NCBI RefSeq assembly: GCF_006345805.1
Contig: NC_043005.1
Location: 104,408,001 to 104,472,000 of the forward strand
Reading direction: 5' to 3'
DNA length: 64,000 nt
DNA from: Octopus sinensis
Taxonomy: Eukaryota
Shown piece by piece: positions 13,315-23,840 of this stretch (its first letter is position 1; the number at the start of each line of letters is the position of its first letter). The notes under the pieces are model-generated. The model was not told the origin of the DNA. It searched no databases and was given only the letters and a program-made list of their open reading frames with translations. Both the position numbers and the translations under genes were made by a program.

Positions 13315-13787
13315 TTAAAGTATTTTTAAATTTGAGAAGAGCAACAGGATTATAACAGTATTCGGTCGAAATTATGAGCATCTGATAATGTAGTGGTCGA
13401 ATTAGGATTCACTGTTTTATTGTCGAAGGTTATTCCAGTCAGATTGAATTGAGTTTGAGGACTCTCACAATTTCTGAAGAACGCTACGCATTTGAAGAAA
13501 AGCAAGTTAATTAGCTTGTTATAACGAATAGAAACTCAACCGGGTTTAAACGGTAGATAGATTTAATTTGACCTTGAATTCAAAAATATTTCAGTGCAGC
13601 CGACTACTGCAGTTACTTTTTCATGGTTGAATGCTTTTCTATGTGCACGGATGATTTTCTACCAGAAAATGGACTTCCAGTGCTGGCCGTATCAATTCCA
13701 CTTTAACAAAAACTTGAGTGATCAAAAAGAAAAAGCAAACAGTTTATGAATGTGAGAAAGGCAGCAACAAAATCATTCAAGAGCTCA

Positions 13788-14168
13788 TCTTTATATATAA
13801 AAGTGAGGTTGTGTGCTGTCTGTCTCCTACGATTTAGATTCCTAACTACTTCCACATTTTGCGGTGCAGTTTAACCAAAACCGGGTGTCTTATAGTCGTG
13901 ATTCATATCGAGCCCTTCTGGGTATTAGCGCGCGTCTACGATGAGTCTACGATTTAAAAAAAAATTACCATCAATTTTTCCCATTTTTAATGCATTTTTG
14001 GAAGTAACTCTAAAAATTTATTATTAAATCTCAGAACGTAAAAAGCTACAGTAACACCCCCCCTTTGTGGTTAGCCATATTGAGATGGCTATTATACTTT
14101 ACATCTCTAAAAATGCTTATATAGGTATTTCCCTTACAAACCCGAGCAACGCCGGGCGATACTGCTAG
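13788..14168 (+). mobile_element. Non-autonomous Helitron
   Basis: Starts A|TCTTTATATATAAAAG and ends CTAG|T. GC-rich hairpin cccg-agcaacgc-cggg (14141-14156) lies 8 nt upstream of the CTAG. No TSD. Confidence 0.75.
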
Positions 14169-14696
14169 TAATCTATAAGAATATCTACTCAGCACATTCT
14201 TTTAGAAGACGAACTACAAGATCATTTTTTGAAAAAACTCATAGATAAACAACAAAATGGTTCCATGGCTGCTACGCATACCCTGCCTCTGTTAGATCAA
14301 GTCCATGTACAATTAATGTGTTAATATTGAGATACAGCTGACCTTTTTTTTTAGCCAAACCACGATGTACCTTTGGAAAAAAGCTTATATCAATATGAGT
14401 AGGAAAAGATGCATAACGAAGCTTTGCCAACATTATAAAGTGTCCTTCTACTGGTGTGTGACTATAAAAACCCCAAACGTAGCAAATACTCAAATAATGC
14501 ACCCTGATGCCACGGATCTATAACTGAGACAAAGTAGAAATGAGTTGGAAGGTTCATTAGAAGAGTAAAATGTCCAACGAAACAAAATATACCGAGGCCT
14601 CAAGCGGCCATATTGGACCCACAGTAAGTAAATATCTCGAGCAAGTGGAATTATTATACTCGGCAACTACTACGAGTACAACATTATAAAGAGAGA

Positions 14697-14929
14697 CACG
14701 GAGTATGGCCAAAAGTATCGAACATTTTTTAAAACATTGAAATTGTTATACCCAAGTACAATTCGATTCAAATCTACCTTTGGGCATTTAATATAAAAAT
14801 TCTAAAATTCAGACCTATGTTCCACACTTTTGGCCAAGTAGTATGTTGCAAATTAGCTATAACTTTGGGCATTTATTATAGAAATTTTTATTTTCAGACC
14901 TATGTTCCAAACCTTTGGCCACAACTGTA
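14697..14929. mobile_element. Tc1-like MITE with degenerate TIRs and internal ~85-bp duplication
   Basis: Left tggccaaaagtatcgaacat versus reverse complement of right end tggccaaaggtttggaacat; the right end finishes ...acaactg-TA. Internal direct repeat ctttgggcattta...cagacctatgttcca..tttggcca occurs twice. Confidence 0.55.
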
Positions 14930-14984
14930 ATGGTAATGAATTCTATCATTGTCTATGTTAAATAAGGATCAGCCTATACTAATA

Positions 14985-15888
14985 TTGCGGGTTGTATAGA
15001 AAATAATGCTAAAGTGGGTATAACTTTTATTAACTAATATAGGTTGCTCCTAATGCGCATGTTAGTAGAGTAACATTTCTGTGTGCAAATGTACTATTCA
15101 TCGTAGACTCCATCACAAACAATGCATTTTCGGTATATCAGAACCCAACGCTTGAATCCTCTTTCAAAAATACAGGTGTGCACTGTTGCACCCATTTCTT
15201 CACAACCACTTTCACCTTGTCTATGGCATCAAACCATTGTTCAAAGCATTGCCATGGTGAAGTTGGAGAATTTTCAGATACCATTCCATGGACTAAGCTT
15301 TCTTTTCGGAATATAAAGATACATTCACATTTCATAATCGTCACCAAATCGTAATTAAAAAAGTCGTGTCTTCATTGTCTTCAAGCGCTTCCAATTGATC
15401 AGAGCAGACTTCCACCCGTTTCTCTTTCAGATGAATTGTTGACGACCGAGGTACCTACTTTACACACTTTTCGATACCCCAAATTTTCCATCATTTTCTG
15501 TTACGTATCGTGACTCGTCTGTCCGCGCAGATCAGCTCATCCACTCGCTGGTGATGTGCGTCAGTATCGGCAGTTAATGGTCTCTCAGTTCGGTTTGTCG
15601 AATTTTGCCTTTTCTTTAAACGTCATCTGTGAAATGTTGTAGCCATTCATCTTTTGTAAGCAACTTGTGGCATTTTGTGGATGTCGGACAGCCTGCATCG
15701 CTCCTTTGCCAAAACCTCAGTGACGTCACATTGATTCTGTTTGAAACGAATTATTTGTCTACTTTAAAGAACTGGAAAAGAAGGTGCTATAGAGGGACAG
15801 GTACTCCACCGACATGTCTAATTTGAATTATATATGTCATTTAATAAAAGAGTTATGCCACTTATGCAATACTTCCGATTTGTTCGTA
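14985..15888 (-). mobile_element. Decayed mariner element with internal deletion
   Basis: RPLTADTDAHHQRVDELICADRRVTIR, VPR...KEKRVEVC and SMEW, then a jump to FDAIDKVKVVVKKWVQQ...YRKCIVCDGVYDE*. Poorly matching TIR-like ends at both sides. Confidence 0.85.
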
Positions 15889-16365
15889 GTCAAAATATAT
15901 TCTGGGACACATAGTCTACTATTAATATATGTCTCTGAATGAGTTTCCTGTGACAAAACACAGCAATATATGACACAAAGGTGTCATATTGAATATACAT
16001 TTAATATAATTATACTGATCTAGTAGAGAACTTTCCTGTGATAACTCAACCCACAGCTTACCGTCACGTTGGATTATGCTGTCTTGAGTTTCTTGCATAG
16101 AGGAAAAAACAAACAAACAAACAAAAACAAATAGATAGAGCTGGTAAGCTTTTGATCAAAGAACTGTTCGATCAAAATTGGGTCAAAACAACAACAATAA
16201 CAAGTGAACCGTAGTTTAGCATACAGATAGATTACATCGTGATAAATGATTTAATTACACTCAGTAGTCATGACTGCAATATGAGTCTAGGTCATGATGT
16301 TACTCAGAATTTATTCGAAAAATTGGGTTACGTTCAGCACTAACATCTATTGTTATTATTATTAC

Positions 16366-16421
<56 letters not shown>

Positions 16422-17017
16422 GCAACATAAATTTTCGAAATCATCAAAATGAACATAACGTTCATAATTTCCAGAATATTTACCATGATCACAATAACCA
16501 TCACTACAACCACTACATCACCACAACCATCACCATCACCACCACTACCACCGCACCACCACCACCACAACAGCCACCACCGCTCTAACCACTACCACTA
16601 CTACCATCACGATCACCATTGTAAGTAACATTCTAATTTCTTCCCTCCTCCTTCCCATCATAATTTCTGTCTTTGACATTCTTTTCCATTTCAAGAAAGA
16701 GAACCTAATTAATAGAAAAATTATTAATACAAAAAATTATTTCCCCCTTCTGTCTTCCCTGGCAGCCATTAACCTTTAGTCTCTTCCTTAATTAGTTCAT
16801 TAAAACGTGTATTTATTTGTTCATTTATTCATTAAAAAAAATTACATTTGAATCACCACACACCGCTTAGCTTCCATTCTCCTGTATTACTGCCGTTACT
16901 GAAGTATCAAATTTCCTACTGAATTTTAAAGAACAGCAATATCATCGGCTTTTATTCATATATTTCAAGATATGTAGAAGGAAAGGTTCATAAATAAAAC
17001 AAAATATGAAATAAGAA

Positions 17018-17787
17018 GGCGTTGAGCTGGCAGAATCTTAAGCACGCCGGGCGAAATGCCTAGCCGTATTTCGCCTGCCGTTACGTTCTGAGTTCAAATT
17101 CCACCGAGGTCGACTTTGCCTTTCATCCTTTCGGGGTCGATAAATTAAGTACCAGTTACGCACTGAGGTAGACGTAATTCACTTAATCCCTTTGTCTATC
17201 CTTGATTGTCCCCTCTATGCTTAGCCCCTTGTGGGCAATAAAGAAATAAGAATCTTTAGCACGCCGGGCGAAATGTTTAGCGGTATTTTGTCTGTCTTTA
17301 TCTTCTGAGCTCAAATTCCGCCGAGGTCGACTTTGCTTTTCATCCTTTCATGGTCGATAAATTAAGTACCAGTTGCGTACTGGGGTTGATATAATCGACT
17401 GGCCCCTTCCCCCAAAACTTCAGGCTTGTGCCTATAGTAGAAAAGAATCGTTAACACGCCGGGTGAAATAGCGGTATTTTCGCCTGTCTTCATGTTCTGA
17501 GTTCAAACGCTACCAGGTTCGACTTTGCGTTTCATACTTTCATTGTCGATAAATATGTCTTATAAAGCGACGATGTGGCAGTTGCGTTAGCACGCTGGAC
17601 GAAATGCATCGCGATGCATAGCGGTATTTTGCCCGTCGCTAAGTTCTGAGTTCAAATTCTGTCGAGGTCGACTTTGCCTTTCATCCTTTCGGGTCCATAA
17701 ATTAAGTACCAATGAAACACTGGGGTCGATGTAATCAACTGGTCCTCTCCCACAAAATTCTAGGTCTTGTGCCTTTTGTAGAAAGGA
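17018..17787 (+). mobile_element. Head-to-tail array of four family-C SINE units
   Basis: Units at 17018-17252, 17253-17447, 17448-17554 (partial) and 17564-17787 share ttctgagttcaaatt..gtcgactttgc.tttcat..tcgataaa. Two alternative tails occur; the last unit runs into (ATT)n. Confidence 0.92.
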
Positions 17788-17808
17788 TTATTATTATTAC
17801 TATTATTA

Positions 17809-17854
<46 letters not shown>

Positions 17855-17866
17855 GTTATTATTGTC

Positions 17867-17910
<44 letters not shown>

Positions 17911-17923
17911 CGTTATTATTGTC

Positions 17924-17962
<39 letters not shown>

Positions 17963-18017
17963 TATTATTATTATTATTATTGTTGTTGTTGTTGTTGTTG
18001 TTGTGTTGTTGTTGTTG

Positions 18018-18059
<42 letters not shown>

Positions 18060-18074
18060 TTATTATTATTGTTG

Positions 18075-18138
<64 letters not shown>

Positions 18139-18143
18139 CATTA
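17788..18143. repeat. (ATT)n/(GTT)n microsatellite
   Basis: Direct reading; continuous with the SINE tail on + and with the LINE (AAT)n tail on -. Confidence 0.98.
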
Positions 18144-18145
18144 TT

Positions 18146-18552
18146 GAAACAAAGCTCAGGTTTGGTCTTATTCCTGGTAGGATTTATGTGGGTAGCGGGT
18201 TACTACCTGTAGCCTTAGGTATCCACATGTTTTCGGAAGTCTTTCAAGTGCTTAGCATCTTCCTGATAGCCCTTGCTCTCCCCAAGAGGCAAACTTTCTG
18301 TAGGAGCTCTACCGAGCAATCTATTTCAATCTCCTTCAGCCATTTATCTATACCTTGGCTCACTGTTCCTAACGCACCAATTATTATAGCCACGACCTTT
18401 ACTGTTCTCATGCACCAAATCCTTTCTTCCGATTTCAAATTTTACACGCTGGAAGCTATGCCAACACCATGGAATAACAATAGTTATGGCTTTATTGATC
18501 TTTACAGCCGCATGAGCCCTTGCAGCATACATTCTGCTCTTCGAGAAACAGG
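18146..18552 (-). mobile_element. R4/Dong-type LINE 3' end (endonuclease C-terminus, 3' UTR, (AAT)n tail)
   Basis: KFEI..RIWCMRTVKVVAIIIGALGTVSQGIDKWLKEIEIDCSVELLQKVCLLGRARAIRKMLST*, followed by a short UTR and (AAT)n. Confidence 0.85.
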
Positions 18553-18635
18553 TTTTCTTCTTCTTCTTCTTCTTCTTCTTCTTCTTCTTCTTCTTCTTCT
18601 TCTTCTTCTTCTTCTTCTTCTTCTTCTTCTTCTTC
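18553..18635. repeat. (CTT)n / (GAA)n tract joining two LINE pieces
   Basis: About 27 pure units read directly. Confidence 0.98.
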
Positions 18636-19157
18636 ATGGTGACTTTTGTATTCGTCTGGTGTCAGCACAGGACATCCCGAGACGAGATGGTCTATTGTTT
18701 CATGAAATGTATCGCAGAATATGTAATTAGGGTCACAACCCAATTAAAGAACGTTAGCCTGGTAGTTTTTGGTAAGCAAGATTTGGTCTTGTGTCGCTGA
18801 TATGAAACCTTCAGTGTCTGCTTTCAGTCCTGAGCTTCTCAACCACTGATGGGTTGTTGCTTGGTCTACATCAGCATTTCGGCTTCGGTGTATAAACTGT
18901 TCATGCAGAGGCTACTGGCTCCACCGCTCCCCAATTTGTTTCTACCCGTTCTTTTTTGAAGTCTGTTTGATCCATTTTGCTTGTTTGGTGGCAGCGGTTT
19001 CAAGTTTTTCATTTAATTCAGGGTTAATGCCGAGTTCCCTTGCGAATTTGTAAGCCTCTTTGACAATAGAATGTGATTTTTTGCTGCTTTCGTGTTTGCA
19101 CACAAGCCGCAGCATCCAATCCTCCGCAGCATCTAGTCCTCAAGCAACATCCAGTCC
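18636..19157 (-). mobile_element. R4/Dong-type LINE fragment (post-RT region to CCHC knuckle)
   Basis: WMLRLVCKHESSKKSHSIVKEAYKF...PLHEQF..VDQATTHQWLRSSGLKADTEGFISATQDQILLTKNYQANVL*LGCDPNYIFCDTFHETIDHLVSGCPVLTPDEYKSHH. The 5' truncation abuts (AAT)n. Confidence 0.92.
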
Positions 19158-19215
<58 letters not shown>

Positions 19216-19216
<1 letters not shown>

Positions 19217-19387
19217 TATGTTTGACTTTTGCTTTATGTCTGTACAAGTTGGCTCCAAGTCTCACCCAGAGACCTCAAGAAACAACAGGTTGGAAGTTCA
19301 CGTTGTTGTTATGCCTAGTGTGCCATATATTTGGGGTTCTTTTTTGGTGTTGTACTAGTGAATGTCTAATACATAAATTAAAAAAGA
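19216..19387 (-). mobile_element. Probable R4/Dong-type LINE 3' UTR fragment, copy 1
   Basis: 172-bp non-coding unit embedded in (ATT)n. On - it ends gaggtctctgggtgagacttggagcc...caaacatag(AAT)n. Family assignment is from recalled similarity and context. Confidence 0.55.
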
Positions 19388-19418
<31 letters not shown>

Positions 19419-19434
19419 TATTATTATTGATCTT

Positions 19435-19512
<78 letters not shown>

Positions 19513-19538
19513 CTTTATTATTATTATTATTATTATTA

Positions 19539-19575
<37 letters not shown>

Positions 19576-19616
19576 TATTATTATTATTATTATCTTTATT
19601 ATTATTATTATTATTA

Positions 19617-19657
<41 letters not shown>

Positions 19658-19663
19658 GATCTT

Positions 19664-19695
<32 letters not shown>

Positions 19696-19719
19696 ATTAT
19701 TATTATCATTATTATATTA

Positions 19720-19758
<39 letters not shown>

Positions 19759-19759
19759 C

Positions 19760-19931
19760 CTATGTTTGATTTTTGCTTTATGTCTGTACAAGTTGGCTCC
19801 AAGTCTCACTCAGAAACCTCAAGAAACAACAGGTTGGAAGTTCACGTTGTTGTTATGCCTAGTATGCCATATATTTGGGGTTCTTTTTTGGTGTTGTACT
19901 AGTGAATGTCTAATACATAAATTTAAAAAAA
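19760..19931 (-). mobile_element. Probable R4/Dong-type LINE 3' UTR fragment, copy 2
   Basis: Near-identical to 19216-19387 (about six differences) with the same two end points. Confidence 0.55.
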
Positions 19932-19991
<60 letters not shown>

Positions 19992-20541
19992 GAGTGAGCG
20001 AGCAGAGCATGCCATCAAAGTGACACTGGGGTAAAATATACGAAGCCCAGTATACCCATCATGACTACCCGTCTGATAAGGGTACACCAGGCACATGCAT
20101 CACAACCATATGTGCGCGACATGGTGATCTCATATCAAGATAAACAGCACATGACCTTGCAGGTGGAGCCCAGTTAGAATTTTCTTCAGATCGAGTAACC
20201 CATCCCGCTCAAAAGGTCCCTGAATAAGGGTTGTTTAAGGACGTTGAACGAAACACCCATGTTTCCAGAGGTGAATTATTCAAACCCCAAAGAATCCTTC
20301 TCAACACATGGCTATGATGCTCCCCCACTACTTCTGCTCGTGATCAGAGATGCACATATCGTCAGCCACTAAGGACATGCTCAACTTGTTAAGTCAAACA
20401 ACTGACAAGCAAATCTGTGGTATTGAGCAGAATATTGCTGTAGCCCATCTTTTATACCAAGACAAAACAATGTACATGATAACACCTCCAATCAGTTAAG
20501 ATCAGAAGCCACGAGAACCACTGCCTGGTACTGCATCAGGG

Positions 20542-20542
<1 letters not shown>
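19992..20542 (-). mobile_element. 551-bp non-coding element inserted in (TAA)n; probable non-autonomous retroelement
   Basis: Complex sequence with sharp boundaries, GCCCTGATGCAG...CTCACTC then (AAT)n on -, flanked by (ATT)n on both sides. No ORF and no clear tRNA head. Confidence 0.7.
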
Positions 20543-20598
<56 letters not shown>

Positions 20599-20611
20599 CA
20601 TTATTATGATC

Positions 20612-20720
<109 letters not shown>

Positions 20721-21079
20721 CGTCGTCGTAGTAGTAGTAGTAGTAGCAGTAGTAGTAGTAGTTGTTGCAGCAGCTGCGAGAAATTCCATGCAACGAAAAA
20801 ATGAAAAGGAGTCATTTAAGAAAGAAAGGATGATTTGCATGTTTATTGGATATAAATCTTATTGTTGCTCGTGCAATAAATGATAGAAAAATATACAATA
20901 ACAATGTATACAATAATTAATATGCATATCATTCCTTATTAGGCAATATTTTATCATAATTACGATACTGTATATCCAGTTACTATACACAAAACGATAG
21001 GGAATTTACATGTTTTTATTTACATGATTAGTTTCAATTTCATTGCAAAGTTAAAAAAATAACTTACAGCCATAATGAT

Positions 21080-23225
21080 ATATTTGACTGTTCTATTGTG
21101 TTTCCGCCTTTCTTCGAATTCTTCTGTAACAGTCACCTTTTGTGCATCACGAGCTGCCGGTAATATTCTTTCTTTACTCTGCTTAACAATTTTCCAGTAT
21201 CGTGGTGCTAACGGTGTCTTCTGCATTTAGTAATCCTCTGCCTCATTCACTACTTGGCAGGCAGAGTCTGTCGGTATTACTTTTAGCGTGATGCACGTTG
21301 GGCATTGTAAGCAGGTTTGTAGTCCAAGGTAAGTTTTGTAACTCGCTCCTAGTCCATTTCAGAAAGGGCATTGAGTATCTTAATACTAGAATAACCCATG
21401 TATTTATTACTTTAATGATACTGTCTCCATTTAATTTTGTTTCGACCACAAAATTCTCCTTTTGTATTACTTAGAAATTCTCTCTTTCATTTCTCTTTTC
21501 ATTATCCTATCGACCTGCAGCACTCCTGGTATCTGTATCTCTCATTATTTCACAACGATCTAATGATGTTGTCTTGAGGTAATTGTATGCCATCAGAGTT
21601 TATCTTCCAGTTTTTCTTTATAACATGCACTGAGTATTAATTTCCCCAAAACTACATTCCAATATCTTTATTGAATGCTCTGACTCTTCAGATTAAAAAA
21701 TCAAGGTCTTTCTATTTTTTATGTATATATAGCTTGAGGTTATCCATATGAAATATGTGATATATTTTCACATTGGTTTTGGCAGGCCTGGATTTTCTAG
21801 GACATTTCTCAGAGGGATTAACGCAATGACCAAAAGTAGCGGAGAAAGCGAGTCTCTCTGGAAATTACCTCTGCGTATTTTCACGTTTCCCGGCGATTAA
21901 TTTACACACGCCCGTTCATCTTCCCATACTCTCACTGATTCTCCTCAAAAGCTGTTTATCTTCTTGACTCCGAGCGTCGCCCTCAGGCATTCCAAAAGCC
22001 AGCTGTGCGAAATCTATCCAACCAACAACAAAATTCTTCTTTCTTACTCGCATCTTATTTAATATCCGACTATCTTTATATTGTAGATCATCAGACCCCT
22101 TGGTTTTTCTAGATTCTTTTGCTTCTCTAATAATAAGTTTTCCTTTTACAGAAAATTATACACTCCATGTGCTATGAGGCCAGTTAATAAGTCTATAATT
22201 GCTAACTTCCCCTCTCGTTTCGTTATCCTCAATCAGAACTGTCCTTGTTAGTGACATACATACCGGCGTTCCATTTTCTATGCAGTCAGTAAAAAACGGT
22301 CGTATATCATTGTGATAATTGTGTATTCTTGGGAGGTTTTTGAGCCAGAATCCCTGAATACTGGTCCAGGGGCTTTCTAGTTTGGTATTTTTTTATCATC
22401 TCTTTTACATTCTTTACTGTAATTTTTATATTTTCTTGTGTCAATCCATCTTCCATTACTTCTTAAAATTTCCGCAACCGCTCTGCTTTTATATTATGTT
22501 GGGGTTGAGGGCGCGTGGCTTAGTGGTTAGGGCATTCGGCTCATGATCGTAAGGTTGTGAGTTCGATTCCCGGCGACGCGTTGTGTCCTTGAGCAAGACA
22601 CTTTATTTCACGTTGCTCCAGTCCACTCAGCTGGCAAAAATGAGTTGTACTTGTATTTCAAAGGGTCAGCCTTGTCACTCTCTGTGTCACGCTGATTATC
22701 CCCGAGAACTACGTTAAGGGTACACGTGTCTGTGGAATGCTCAGCCATTTGCACGTTAATTTCACGAGCAAGCTGTTTCGTTGATCGTATCAGCTGGGAC
22801 CCTCGTCGTCGTAACCGGCGGAGTCTTTGGAATATTATGTTGGACGTCTTTGTTACCAATTTCTGCCAACAATTTTCTTACTGCTTCAGTATCTGACATA
22901 TAATTCCCTTGATTCTCCTCTTCATTGTTCAATTGTTTATAGAAGTTTCTTTTGTTGTTGTTGAAGAGTCTATTCTGCTACTACTGATTTGTTCTCTGTT
23001 CGTATGTTTTTTTGTTTTTTATCTGACATTGCTTTGACTTTTTTTGTCTTAGTTCACCTTTAACAACCTGCAGTCCTTTGTGTCTTATGTTGTACTTCCT
23101 TTGCAGTTCGTTCCTAAGTTTTTCTCACACTGTCTTTCTTATTGTGATTACATGTATCCTTCCAATATCATTTTTTAGTTGTTCAAATTGGTACTCAAGT
23201 TTTCGTTCCTTTAAATTACGCTGTC
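21080..23225 (-). mobile_element. Decayed R4/Dong-type LINE, N-terminal region plus RT, interrupted by a SINE
   Basis: LQRKYNIRHKGLQVVKGELRQK, QNRLFNNNKRNFYKQLN, RGNFQRDSLSPLLLVIALIP (RT motif B), FHMDNLKLY (YMDD motif) and KLNGDSIIKVINTW...HHAKSNTDRLCLP. Confidence 0.9.
22503..22831 (+). mobile_element. Full-length tRNA-derived SINE, head B + tail X, nested in LINE
   Basis: A-box tggcttagtgg, B-box gagttcgattcc, CORE-like ttgtgtccttgagcaagacact. 12-bp TSD atattatgttgg at 22491-22502 and 22832-22843. Confidence 0.95.
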
Positions 23226-23551
23226 AAGGACAAGTAATCGGAGGTGTCATTTAGTGTGTCTAGAACAAAAGCTATGTAGGATTGTATCTAAGACTTGTCA
23301 TATAGTAGAAATAATGTATTGTGTCTAAATGCCATATATTATGTCTATGAGAAACTATGTAGTATGATTAATTTTGTATTATATGTCTAGGGGGACTTAA
23401 GCCGTGTGATTAGATACCTTGGAGATGTCTTATAGTGTCTAGGTAAAGCCAAGTAATGTGTCTGGTATATGTCACATTATATGATATGGGATATGTCATA
23501 TCTCACACAGCGTTGTGTCTTGGACAAGTCATGTTGCGTCTAAGGCGTAGC

Positions 23552-23840
23552 TAGTGACAGACTGGCCAGGTTGCCAGCTTGCCCGATGGCAAGTGGGACC
23601 CTGAGCCATTAGAATCCATATATGGGGGCCCACGTTAGTATCTAAGGGGCCCATCCCCTCAAGTTTGAGAATTTCTTTCACTCCTGAAAGAGTGCATTAA
23701 TTATTTCAGCCTGGATGTATTTGTTGACAGTTGAAAAGAATACTTAAAAAAACAAAAAAAAAAACTGATAGCATTGTAGTTGCCGGTGGGTCCCCTTAGT
23801 CTCCTGGCAACCAATATTTTTAGACCTCAGTCCGCCACTG
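23552..23840. mobile_element. hAT-type MITE
   Basis: Termini tagtgacagactg / cagtccgccactg (CAGTGGCGGACTG-type TIR). Flanking 8-mers ggcgtagc and aacgtagc match at 6/8, consistent with an aged 8-bp TSD. Confidence 0.7.

Noticed and set aside
14480-14670. MPRIY...GPTVSKYLE resembling a PLE RT N-terminal region
   Set aside because: Two short motifs with many stops; not supportable without a profile search.
17018-17787. CRISPR-like or satellite interpretation of regularly spaced repeats
   Set aside because: Units are ~200-bp SINE copies with Pol III boxes in a eukaryotic context; there are no short repeat-spacer arrays anywhere in the window.
17712-18637. Poly-Leu, poly-Lys and poly-Glu ORFs
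   Set aside because: Microsatellite read-through into antisense or out-of-frame LINE sequence.
19992-20542. HDV-like or hammerhead ribozyme at the 5' end of the 551-bp element
   Set aside because: ctgatgc lacks the CUGANGA core and I could not build P1/P3/P1.1 pairings; left as an untested hypothesis only.
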